Shown: positions 12,634-21,380 of the stretch, piece by piece
Layout: every line of letters starts with the position of its first letter
Position numbering within the stretch: the stretch's first letter is position 1
Assembly: GCA_016208745.1 (NCBI GenBank)
Contig: JACQXN010000020.1
Span: 9,062 to 73,061 of the forward strand
Direction: 5' to 3'
Source of the DNA: Candidatus Portnoybacteria bacterium
GTDB taxonomy: Bacteria > Patescibacteriota > Minisyncoccia > Portnoybacterales > GWB1-42-6
DNA length: 64,000 bases
The notes under the pieces: model-generated
Told to the model about the DNA's origin: nothing
The model's database searches: none
The model's input: the letters and a program-made list of their open reading frames with translations, nothing else
Program-made: the position numbers and the translations under genes

Positions 12634-13107
12634 TTAATTTAAGGAAAAAAGCAACGCGATAGTAATAATCGTTACAGATGTTTGAAAGACCAGGCCGAAC
12701 CAATTGGGGCCCGGTTTTTCTTTTTGAAGATGAACAGTTTCGTGTATAAGCGCCAATACCTTAAGAATTTTTTGTTTTGGCATGCGCCAGTATAAAAATG
12801 TGAGTCCGTCAGGGATTATTGATCCAAGCATTGCCCAAGTTATCGGTGAATTTAAAGAAGGCGTGCCAAGAATCCAGAAAACAATGACTACGCCTGCGGC
12901 CAAATCCAAGAAGACTTTTAGCATTTGGGACAGAAATTTTTCATTGAATTTTGAATTGACCCTTTTTAAATAATAGATGGGATAATCGTAATGAGGAAAT
13001 AGATCCAAGAAATAATGTCCCAAAACACCAAGGGCAAAAGCGGTCGCGCTTGAACTAACTTGCGAGCCAATTAGTGCACCGGCAAGAATATGGGGGGCTA
13101 GAGTCAT
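12634..13107 (-). CDS. Membrane protein, putative metal-dependent hydrolase
   Basis: PHILAG, HYFLDLFPH and IIPD motifs with TM helices. Confidence 0.65.
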   Translation of the reverse strand: MTLAPHILAGALIGSQVSSSATAFALGVLGHYFLDLFPHYDYPIYYLKRVNSKFNEKFLSQMLKVFLDLAAGVVIVFWILGTPSLNSPITWAMLGSIIPDGLTFLYWRMPKQKILKVLALIHETVHLQKEKPGPNWFGLVFQTSVTIITIALLFSLN

Positions 13108-13151
13108 AAAACGACTTTAAACTTTAAACTTGTTACTTTATACTTCATAAT

Positions 13152-13835
13152 ATGGGTATATTATACATTATTGCGACGCCCATTGGCAATTTGGAGGATT
13201 TAAGCTTTCGGGCTTTGCGGGTCTTAAAGGAGGTTGATTTAATTGTTTGCGAAGATACGCGCCAGACTATAAAATTATTAAATCATTATAATATCCAAAA
13301 ACCGCTGGTTAGTTATTTTCAGCATAGTAAATTATCAAAAATAGAATATATCGGGGAACAGTTGGCGCAGGGCAAAAATATCGCGCTTGTTACAGATGCT
13401 GGCACGCCCGGGATTTCGGATCCAGGAGGCATGCTAGTTAACAAGTTAACAGGTGAACAGGTGAACAAGGAAGAATTTAAAATCGTGCCAATTCCTGGTC
13501 CAAACGCAGCGATTGCGGCTTTAAGCATTTCTGGCTTACCGGCTGACAAATTTATTTTTATGGGTTTCCCGCCGCACAAAAAGGGGAGAAATAAATTTTT
13601 TGATGAAGTCTTAGCTGCAAAATACACGGTCGTATTTTACGAATCAACGCATCGGATTTTGAAAACATTGGGACAATTGAATAAAGTCGCGCCGCAAAAA
13701 AATATTGTAGTTTGTCGTGAGCTAACCAAGCAATTTGAATCTATATATCGGGGTAGTGCACAAGAAATAATTAAAATTTTGGAAAGCGATAAAAATAATT
13801 TAAAAGGGGAATTTGTGATTGTAATCGGGAAATAA
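13152..13835 (+). CDS. rsmI: 16S rRNA C1402 2'-O-methyltransferase
   Basis: ATPIGNLED, EDTR, DAGTPGISDPG, RELTK. Confidence 0.96.
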   Translation: MGILYIIATPIGNLEDLSFRALRVLKEVDLIVCEDTRQTIKLLNHYNIQKPLVSYFQHSKLSKIEYIGEQLAQGKNIALVTDAGTPGISDPGGMLVNKLTGEQVNKEEFKIVPIPGPNAAIAALSISGLPADKFIFMGFPPHKKGRNKFFDEVLAAKYTVVFYESTHRILKTLGQLNKVAPQKNIVVCRELTKQFESIYRGSAQEIIKILESDKNNLKGEFVIVIGK

Positions 13836-13894
13836 AAAAAGCAGAGCGTTTAATTTGCTCTGCCATTAGGATAGGATGTAATAGGTGGTGGTTG

Positions 13895-14251
13895 CTATTT
13901 CTTTTGAGTTTCGCCGCCGATGTCGATATTTTTGACAATTTTTGGCGGCCGGTCGTCGTCAAGAAGGACCAACGCGTATTTCTCTTCGCCTTTCTTTTTG
14001 TATATTATTTCATGAACGATTACGGAGCTTTCTTCTGTGATCATGGGGTTGCTTCCTCCTATAAATGGATCATTTGGCGTATCAATGGCCCTGCCAGAAC
14101 GGATATTCAGGTACTGGATTATTCTGTCACAGTCGGAGAGCGAAGACACCACAAACCTAGCTTCCTCTTCGGAAGAACTCTGTAAGTTGGTGCATGCCAA
14201 AATTAAAGCAGAAAGCGATAGTAATACAATAAAAAGTGCTATCTTTTTCAT
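13895..14251 (-). CDS. Orphan predicted lipoprotein
   Basis: Signal peptide ending LILA-C; GGAGG SD upstream; hairpin plus T-tract downstream (13834-13864). Confidence 0.7.
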   Translation of the reverse strand: MKKIALFIVLLSLSALILACTNLQSSSEEEARFVVSSLSDCDRIIQYLNIRSGRAIDTPNDPFIGGSNPMITEESSVIVHEIIYKKKGEEKYALVLLDDDRPPKIVKNIDIGGETQKK

Positions 14252-14320
14252 TCCATCCTCCCTATTTTCATTATTCCGCTAGAATTCGCGGTTAAATTAA
14301 TATAGTATATATAGATAAAA

Positions 14321-15775
14321 ATGTCAAAATTTTATATCACCACAACCCTGCCTTATATCAACGCTGACCCGCATATCGGTTTTGCGATGGAAATAATTCA
14401 AGCGGATGTTTTGGCGCGGTTTTATCGAAAACAAGGCGCTGAAGTTTTTTTTAACACTGGCACAGACGAGCACGGTTTAAAAGTTTTTCGCAAAGCGCAG
14501 GAATTGGGCATCGAGCCGCAGGTATATTGTGATCAAAAAGTTGAGGTCTGGAAAAACTTAAAAGAGCTTTTAAATTTAAGCTTTGATAATTTTATTAGGA
14601 CAACCGATAAGCATCATATAGAAGCGGCGCAGGAACTTTGGCGGCGCTGTAAGCAAAACGGTTATCTTGATAAGAAAAAGTACAAAATTAAATATTGCGT
14701 TGGCTGTGAATTGGAAAAAACAGAGTCGGAATTAATTAATGGCTGCTGCCCTTTGCATCCCGACCAAAAACTTGAAATTATTGAAGAGGAAAATTATTTT
14801 TTCGCTTTTTCCAAATTTCAAAAAGAGCTCCTTTCTCTTTATGAGGCAAATCCATCTTTTGTTTATCCGCCTAAAAAATTTAACGAGATAAAAAAATTTG
14901 TCCAAATGGGGCTGGAAGATTTTAGCGTCTCACGTCTTAAAGCTAAGATGCCTTGGGGCATTGACGCGCCAGATGACAAGGAGCACGTAATGTATGTTTG
15001 GTTTGATGCGCTGGTTAATTATATTTCCGCCCTTGGCTGGCCAAAAGATTTGGAAAACTTTAACCAATGGTGGCCGGGAAGCCAAATCGCCGGCAAGGAT
15101 AATTTAAGACAGCAGACAGCTATGTGGCAAGCAATGCTTTTGGCCGCTGGCTTGCCAAATTCAAAGCAGATTTTTATCGGCGGCTTTATCACCGTCGCTG
15201 GCCAGAAAATGAGCAAAAGTCTGGGAAATGTTATCAGCCCCAAAGATATGGTGGATAAATTTGGCGCAGACGGCACGCGTTATTTACTCTTAACTTTGGG
15301 AGCTTTTGGCGAAGATGTGGATGTGACAATGGAAAGATTAACGGAAAAATATAATGCCGATTTGGCGAATGGACTAGGAAACTTAATTTCGCGGGTGATA
15401 AAATTGTCTCAAAATTATTCTTCGACCAAGCTCCGACCGAAGGTCGGAGCGCGTGGAGAAGTTCTCGACTCGTCCCGCTTGGCGGGACTCGCTCGAACAA
15501 TAAATGAAAGAATGCGGGAAATGAAATTTAAAGAAATTTTAGATGAAATCTGGGCGCAAGTGGCTTGGGCGAATAAATATATTGAGGAGAAAAAATTGTG
15601 GGAATTGGTAAAAAATGATCCGGAAGAAGGAGAGAAGGTTTTAGCAGAGTTACTTTCTTTAATTTCTGAAATTTCAGATGCCCTTACTCCTTTTATGCCC
15701 GAAACCGCGGAGAAAATTAAAAATATTTTATCTGGCGGCGAGTCGGGAGAAATATTATTTCCGAGGGTAAAATAA
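14321..15775 (+). CDS. metG: Methionyl-tRNA synthetase (short form)
   Basis: PYINADPHIG, GTDEHG, YVWFDAL, KMSKS. Confidence 0.97.
   Translation: MSKFYITTTLPYINADPHIGFAMEIIQADVLARFYRKQGAEVFFNTGTDEHGLKVFRKAQELGIEPQVYCDQKVEVWKNLKELLNLSFDNFIRTTDKHHIEAAQELWRRCKQNGYLDKKKYKIKYCVGCELEKTESELINGCCPLHPDQKLEIIEEENYFFAFSKFQKELLSLYEANPSFVYPPKKFNEIKKFVQMGLEDFSVSRLKAKMPWGIDAPDDKEHVMYVWFDALVNYISALGWPKDLENFNQWWPGSQIAGKDNLRQQTAMWQAMLLAAGLPNSKQIFIGGFITVAGQKMSKSLGNVISPKDMVDKFGADGTRYLLLTLGAFGEDVDVTMERLTEKYNADLANGLGNLISRVIKLSQNYSSTKLRPKVGARGEVLDSSRLAGLARTINERMREMKFKEILDEIWAQVAWANKYIEEKKLWELVKNDPEEGEKVLAELLSLISEISDALTPFMPETAEKIKNILSGGESGEILFPRVK
15417..15501. repeat. Palindromic insertion in-frame inside metG
   Basis: GCTCCGACC-GAA-GGTCGGAGC and TCCCGC-TTG-GCGGGA hairpins in a GC-rich stretch of the anticodon-binding domain. 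Confidence 0.8.
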
Positions 15776-15811
15776 TAAATATAAGCGTCATGGATTGCAG
15801 GAGTTAATAAT

Positions 15812-16330
15812 ATGGATGTAAAATCATATTTGTCGCCCAAAATAAAAATAGGCCAAAGCAAGGTACAGGGGCTTGGGTTGTTTGCGGTCGAAAATATAAA
15901 AAAAGACGAAATTATTGGTATAAAAGCGGGGTATATAATTAATAGAGAAACCCTAGAGAGAATAGGAGGATTAAAGAGCGATATAGGGCAAAGTATGCTG
16001 CAGGTTAGCGATGAATTTTTCATCGGTCCGTTAACCGCGGATGATATTGGAGATAGCATGATGTATGTTAATCACTCATGCGAGCCCAATATTGGAATGC
16101 TGGGCGATGTCATTAATGTAGCGATGAGAGACATAGTTATAGGTGAGGAGTTAACCGCGGATTATGCCGTTGCATTGATCCATCCCTCTCTTTTAATGGA
16201 ATGCAATTGTGGGGCTATAAATTGCCGTAAGATAATTACTGGCGAAGATTGGAAGCGACCAGAATTACAAGGCAGATATAAAGGATATTTTTCGGCTTAT
16301 ATTCAAAAAAAGATAAAGGAAGAAAAATGA
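15812..16330 (+). CDS. SET domain protein
   Basis: GLGLFA, NHSCEPN, GEELTADY, post-SET CNCGAINC. Confidence 0.92.
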   Translation: MDVKSYLSPKIKIGQSKVQGLGLFAVENIKKDEIIGIKAGYIINRETLERIGGLKSDIGQSMLQVSDEFFIGPLTADDIGDSMMYVNHSCEPNIGMLGDVINVAMRDIVIGEELTADYAVALIHPSLLMECNCGAINCRKIITGEDWKRPELQGRYKGYFSAYIQKKIKEEK

Positions 16331-16331
16331 C

Positions 16332-16598
16332 ATGGCAACCATTAAGAAAAAAATTTGGCCGGAATATTTTGATGATGTAGCTTCGGGGAAAAAGAAATAC
16401 GAGCTACGTTTAAATGATTTTAAAGTTAAAGAAGGGGATACATTAATCCTTGAAGAATGGGATCCAAGAACTAAAAAATATACAGGCAGAAAAACTGAGA
16501 AGAAAGTAACTTATGTCGGGAAATTTAAGGTTGATAGATTATTCTGGCCGGAAGAAGAGATAAAAGAAAAAGGAATACAGATTATATCATTGGAATAA
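16332..16598 (+). CDS. ASCH/DUF3850 domain protein
   Basis: KIWPEYF..V.SGKKKYELR.ND....GD.LILEEW. Confidence 0.88.
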   Translation: MATIKKKIWPEYFDDVASGKKKYELRLNDFKVKEGDTLILEEWDPRTKKYTGRKTEKKVTYVGKFKVDRLFWPEEEIKEKGIQIISLE

Positions 16599-16602
16599 TT
16601 TT

Positions 16603-17259
16603 ATGAGTTTTGAATCTAGCAAAGAAAATATAAAAGAGTCGGAGAAAGAGATAAAGTGGCGCCAGGCCGAACAAGAAATTGAGGGTATCGGAGACAAGCG
16701 GAGGAAAGGAATTGATGAGGGGATAAAATTTACAGTGGTTTCTCTTAGGGTAAATGGTTTTGGAACTACGGCCTCCTGCGAGGGTCATTTAGATCGTGGC
16801 CTCCCTTGGCCATGGGTTGATGTGGAGTCTAAATTAGCGGAAAGTTTGATTGGCAGTCCCCATTATAATGAATTACGAGAAAAGGCCGGAAGCATGTTAA
16901 GGAGAGAAGGGAAAATGATTGAGGAAGAGAAATCAGAATACCAGAGTTTAGTTAGCGCGCAAATAGAAGAGAACGAGAAAGAATATAGGCGGCTTAGCGG
17001 TTTACTGGAAGAGTTTTACGGGCAAGAATCTCAAAAAAAAGAAGAGGGTCTTGTGGGGGTCGCTCATCTAAAAATCAAAAAATTTCCGTGGAACCAAAGC
17101 CGGCTTCAACCGGAAGACGTTCCTGAAAATTTAATGCCGCGGGAAGCCTAGAAATTATGGACCAAGGAAGAAAAATCAAAAAAACTTATGGTATACAGAC
17201 AAGAGATGGAAAGATTTGCCGATTTTCTTAAAGAGAAATTTTTAACGCAGGGAGTATAA
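16603..17259 (+). CDS. Hypothetical protein with in-frame TAG at 17149-17151 (possible pseudogene or sequence error)
   Basis: T..SCEGH motif; frame stays open 35 codons past the TAG to TAA at 17259. Confidence 0.6.
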
Positions 17260-17307
17260 ATGATGCTTCAAAGCGCAGGGGCAGATAATTAGTAAGTAAG
17301 TAATTCT

Positions 17308-17847
17308 ATGGACATCTTTTCTCACGGCCTTTGGGCCGGTGCGCTTTATAAGGCGATAAATTTAAAGAAGGAAAAGCCTAAATTGAAGGTTTGGCTGGCG
17401 GCTCTTTGGTCAGTGGCGCCGGATATTTTTTCTTTCGCGCCTGTTTTTATATGGGTTTTTGCGGGTGTCATTTTTGGCGGAATGAGTTTTTCTGATTTGC
17501 CGGGCCCTGATTCAGTTGAGCCAATGGCCAGAAATTCGCTGGCAATTTTTCGGTTCACCGACACGCTTTATAATATCACGCACAGCTTAACGATTTTTCT
17601 TATCGCCGCTGGCTTGGTTGGCTTTTTTGGCAAACGCATTCCTTGGGAAGCAGGCGGTTGGCTATTCCATATTCTAATTGATATTCCAACCCATTCTTAT
17701 AAATTCTATCCAACGCCATTTTTATGGCCTTTTTCTGAATGGAAATTTGACGGATTCGCTTGGGGAAATTGGTGGTTTATGATAATTAATTATTCTTTGT
17801 TAATTTTGGTTTTTTTGGCGTTGAGGTCGGCGCGTAAAAAAGGTTAA
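17308..17847 (+). CDS. Membrane-bound metal-dependent hydrolase (YdjM/YbcI-like)
   Basis: SHGLW, APD, THSL, HILID..TH motifs. Confidence 0.75.
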   Translation: MDIFSHGLWAGALYKAINLKKEKPKLKVWLAALWSVAPDIFSFAPVFIWVFAGVIFGGMSFSDLPGPDSVEPMARNSLAIFRFTDTLYNITHSLTIFLIAAGLVGFFGKRIPWEAGGWLFHILIDIPTHSYKFYPTPFLWPFSEWKFDGFAWGNWWFMIINYSLLILVFLALRSARKKG

Positions 17848-17932
17848 TTGTGCAACCGGTAACTTGATCAATCGTTGCACAGTCTATTAAATCTCCCCTA
17901 GCCCCTCCTAAAGGAGGGGAATTACTCCTTAT

Positions 17933-18763
17933 ATGCTTATTGATACTCACGCTCACATTAACTTTATTGCCTACAAAGAAGATGGCGGGGAAGTTATAAA
18001 AAGGGCATTAGAAAATAATACCTGGATAATTAATGTCGGCTCGCAATGGGATACTAGCCGCCGGGCAGTTGAATACGCCAAAAAATATGAAGAAGGCATA
18101 TTTGCGGCTGTGGGCTTGCATCCTATTCATTTAAGAAGCATAAAAATAAAAGAGGAATTTGATGAACAGGAATTATTAGAATTTGAAACGCAGGAAGAAA
18201 AATTTGATTATGAAAAATATAAAACATTAGCCAGTGAGTCGGGCGCCATAGCTATAGGCGAAACAGGATTGGACTATTACCGTATTAATGAGGAAGACAA
18301 GGAAAATCAAATAAAACTTCAAAAAGAAAATTTTTTAGCGCATATTAAATTGGCGCAAGAAATTAGCAAACCTTTGATTGTCCATTGCCGCGAGGCGCAT
18401 AACGAGGTTTTGGAAATATTAAAGTCGCAAGTGACAAGTGACAAGTTGCAAGGAGTAATTCATTCTTTCTCGGGCCGGTTGAGCCAGGCAGAGCAATATT
18501 TAGAAATGGGATTTTATTTAGGATTTAATGGTATCATTACTTTTGCGCGGGATTATGATAAAGTAATAAAGGAAATACCGCTTGAGAGAATTTTGGTTGA
18601 AACCGACTGCCCTTATTTAACGCCGATTCCTTTCCGCGGAAAAAGAAACGAGCCTTTATATGTTAAATATGTGGCGGAGAAGATAGCGGAAATAAAAGGA
18701 GTTTCGTTTGATGAGGTGTCAGAAGTGACAACGGATAATGCGAGAGGACTATTCTATATATAA
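17933..18763 (+). CDS. tatD: TatD family nuclease
   Basis: DTHAH, GLHP, IGETGLDY, HCREA, HSF, ETDCPYL. Confidence 0.95.
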   Translation: MLIDTHAHINFIAYKEDGGEVIKRALENNTWIINVGSQWDTSRRAVEYAKKYEEGIFAAVGLHPIHLRSIKIKEEFDEQELLEFETQEEKFDYEKYKTLASESGAIAIGETGLDYYRINEEDKENQIKLQKENFLAHIKLAQEISKPLIVHCREAHNEVLEILKSQVTSDKLQGVIHSFSGRLSQAEQYLEMGFYLGFNGIITFARDYDKVIKEIPLERILVETDCPYLTPIPFRGKRNEPLYVKYVAEKIAEIKGVSFDEVSEVTTDNARGLFYI

Positions 18764-18784
18764 TGCAAATATCATGCGAATCTT

Positions 18785-19180
18785 ATGCAAATGCCGCAAA
18801 TAGATAAGATGATCTATCCGGAATTATCATATAAGGTCTGTGGTCTATGTTTTTATATTCATAACCGACTGGGTCGATATAGGAACGAAAAGCAATATGG
18901 CGATGCACTAGAAGTTGCTTTTGATGAAGCGGGCATCATTCACAAAAGAGAAAAAAGGTTGCCAGCATCTTTTGTCGGAGAGAAAAGCTATAGGAATATA
19001 CCGGACTTTATCATTGAAGATAAGCTGATTGTTGATTTGAAAGCCAAAACCATAATCACAAAAGATGATTATTTCCAGATGAGGCGCTATCTAGTCTCTT
19101 ATAAAAAGAGGCTGGGTCTCATTATTAATTTCCGTCAAAAATATTTGAGACCAAAAAGAATCCTAAATAAATTTGCTTGA
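18785..19180 (+). CDS. GxxExxY protein (PD-(D/E)XK nuclease-like)
   Basis: LGRYRNEKQY motif; PDFIIEDK..VDLKA; GLIINF. Confidence 0.88.
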   Translation: MQMPQIDKMIYPELSYKVCGLCFYIHNRLGRYRNEKQYGDALEVAFDEAGIIHKREKRLPASFVGEKSYRNIPDFIIEDKLIVDLKAKTIITKDDYFQMRRYLVSYKKRLGLIINFRQKYLRPKRILNKFA

Positions 19181-19228
19181 TTTATTCGCATCATTTGAAT
19201 ATCATTCGCATTTATTTGAATTATATTT

Positions 19229-19705
19229 ATGCTTGAGATCAAAAAATACGGCGAGCCGATTTTAAGGAAAAAAGCTAAACCGGTTGGAAAAATAGACCCG
19301 GAGATTTTGAAATTGATAGATTATATGATTCAGGCCATGCGGCAGAATCAGGGAGTCGGCGTGGCGGCAAATCAAATTGGCATTGATTTGAGAATCGCGG
19401 TTGTCGACGCGGGCAATGGTTTAAAAATTTTAATTAATCCCGAAATTATTAAAGCAAGGGGAAAAAGCGTTAAGGATGAAGGATGTTTGAGTTTCCCGGG
19501 AATATATTTTAAAATCGCGCGGCCAGAAATCGTGGAAATGAAAACTTTAAATAAAAAAGGCGAGGAGGTTATTTTAAAAGCCCAGGGCTTGGAAGCCCGG
19601 GCTTTTTGTCATGAGATAGACCATTTAAACGGGAAATTAATTATAGACCATTTAAGTTTTTGGCAGAAATTAAAGTTTAAAAAGGGTCGGCTATCTAATC
19701 GTTGA
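19229..19705 (+). CDS. def: Peptide deformylase
   Basis: GVGVAANQ, EGCLS, HEIDH. Confidence 0.97.
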   Translation: MLEIKKYGEPILRKKAKPVGKIDPEILKLIDYMIQAMRQNQGVGVAANQIGIDLRIAVVDAGNGLKILINPEIIKARGKSVKDEGCLSFPGIYFKIARPEIVEMKTLNKKGEEVILKAQGLEARAFCHEIDHLNGKLIIDHLSFWQKLKFKKGRLSNR

Positions 19706-19723
19706 TAAAGGTAAGCAAAAAGA

Positions 19724-19746
19724 AAAAGGGCATAGCGCCCTTTTTA
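19724..19746. terminator. Bidirectional intrinsic terminator
   Basis: AAAAAGGGC-ATAGC-GCCCTTTTT between convergent genes. Confidence 0.7.
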
Positions 19747-19766
19747 AGTTTGAGATTTAATCTCCT

Positions 19767-20198
19767 TCATCTTTTCTCCCTGTATATTAGTCGCAAGACG
19801 AAGAACGTTACCCCAATTACAACCAGAGAAAAAACTAATTCTGCTGCGCTATTTACTATCAAAGATTTCCACCCTATTTTTCGTGAGAGATCCAAAACAA
19901 AGCCTGCCAATCCAAAAGACATATTTGCTATCAGGATTGTAATTGCCCAGAGCGCCAATTTTTGATTGAGGTCCATTTTATTTCTTTCGTTTCTTTTTGT
20001 CGCTTTATTAAGAAGTCGCGCTCCGAAGAAGGCGAGGATGCAGGCTGCAATAGCGCAGATCAGGATATCTGTTTTTGAAATAAGCGGTATAGTTTGATAA
20101 TTTCCGGTCGCGGCTAATGCGTTTAAGAATATAAGCATAAACCACATACAAAATATGGGTAATGCTTTTTCAAAGCGGGTCAATTCCATTTCTGCCAT
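19767..20198 (-). CDS. Orphan 4-TM membrane protein
   Basis: Hydrophobic ORF with AGGAGG SD. Confidence 0.65.
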   Translation of the reverse strand: MAEMELTRFEKALPIFCMWFMLIFLNALAATGNYQTIPLISKTDILICAIAACILAFFGARLLNKATKRNERNKMDLNQKLALWAITILIANMSFGLAGFVLDLSRKIGWKSLIVNSAAELVFSLVVIGVTFFVLRLIYREKR

Positions 20199-20228
20199 AA
20201 GCCCCCTCCTTTTTTAAGATAAAATTTG

Positions 20229-20423
20229 TTAGTATTTTCTAATGTAAATGAACTTCCATAGCTGTTTATACTCTCTTGGTTCAACAAATCCACCTTTCAT
20301 TGCTCGCCGGTCAAGCCACGGGTTAATAACGAATGCCCATGCCATATCAGCGATAATCGCTGTCAGAATTAAAGGCCACCATTCTTTCAGAAATCCCATC
20401 ATTAATTCTATCAAGGCAATCAC
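20229..20423 (-). CDS. Small orphan membrane protein
   Basis: One TM, GAGGGG SD-like site; start uncertain. Confidence 0.45.
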   Translation of the reverse strand: MIALIELMMGFLKEWWPLILTAIIADMAWAFVINPWLDRRAMKGGFVEPREYKQLWKFIYIRKY

Positions 20424-20438
20424 CCCCTCAATATTTTT

Positions 20439-21236
20439 TTATAACCATCCTCCCAACATAACAATTCCCAAGCCAATTAATATTACGCCGGCGATTAAAT
20501 GCAGAAGCCGGATTTTTTGTTTACGCCAATTTTCAGCGCGCTCTGGAGCAAGGCCCCAATACATCGCAAAAACTATAACTAACATTGGTAAAACAAAAAT
20601 TAAGTTGTAAATAATAAGATATAAAATCGCTTTGATAAACGAAACCTTGCTGGCTAGCATTCCAAGAATTACTACATAGGGCCCAGAAGTGCAGGGCAGT
20701 AAAAACAGGCTGATTAAAAGACCAATGGCAAATGCGCCAACGGGATTGGTTACCCTTTTTATCATGGATTTCATTTTTGGCCGCCAGCTTTGCGGAACTT
20801 CCATTAAAAAACCCTTGCCATACCAAAAATAATCCTTGATATTTAAAAGCCCAATAATTATGGCTAAAATGCCAATAACTTTATAAAAAACTCCTGAAAA
20901 AGAAAGAGTATATTGCCGGATAACAGCGAAAAGCCCGACGCCCATTAGGAAATAGGCAAGAAAAATTGCTGTGGTAAACGCCAGCCCCGCCCAAAGCGCC
21001 TTTTTCCTATTACTTTCATCAATTAGCATCGAGGCCATTAAAAGTATTAAAATAGCAAATTCACAGGGATTAATTGCATCAACCGCCGCGCCACAAATAA
21101 CTGCCACAGGCGTTAAATGCAGCGATTGAAGGCCTGTATGGCAGGCGGCTTCATCCGCAGAGGCAAATTCAGGCAATAAAAAAACAGCTGCAATAAGTAT
21201 TGATAAAGCTATCTTTACGGCTAAGTGTTTATTCAT
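20439..21236 (-). CDS. CcdA/DsbD-like transmembrane thiol-redox protein
   Basis: DAINPC and LPCTSGPY Cys motifs in TM helices. Confidence 0.85.
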   Translation of the reverse strand: MNKHLAVKIALSILIAAVFLLPEFASADEAACHTGLQSLHLTPVAVICGAAVDAINPCEFAILILLMASMLIDESNRKKALWAGLAFTTAIFLAYFLMGVGLFAVIRQYTLSFSGVFYKVIGILAIIIGLLNIKDYFWYGKGFLMEVPQSWRPKMKSMIKRVTNPVGAFAIGLLISLFLLPCTSGPYVVILGMLASKVSFIKAILYLIIYNLIFVLPMLVIVFAMYWGLAPERAENWRKQKIRLLHLIAGVILIGLGIVMLGGWL

Positions 21237-21298
21237 ATAGTCTTTGGATATAGTAGATCATATTTGAAAAAAAAGCAAAATTGAGGTAGAGTAAAATA

Positions 21299-21373
21299 AA
21301 AATCCACCCCGACCCTCCTTTTCCAAAGGAGGGGATATTCCTTCTTTCGAAAAAGGGAGGCCAAGATGGATTT
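21299..21373. repeat. Family A twin-hairpin repeat
   Basis: AATCCACCCC..CCCTCCTTT/AAAGGAGGG..AAAAAGGGAGG..GGATTT. Confidence 0.85.
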
Positions 21374-21380
21374 GGAATAT

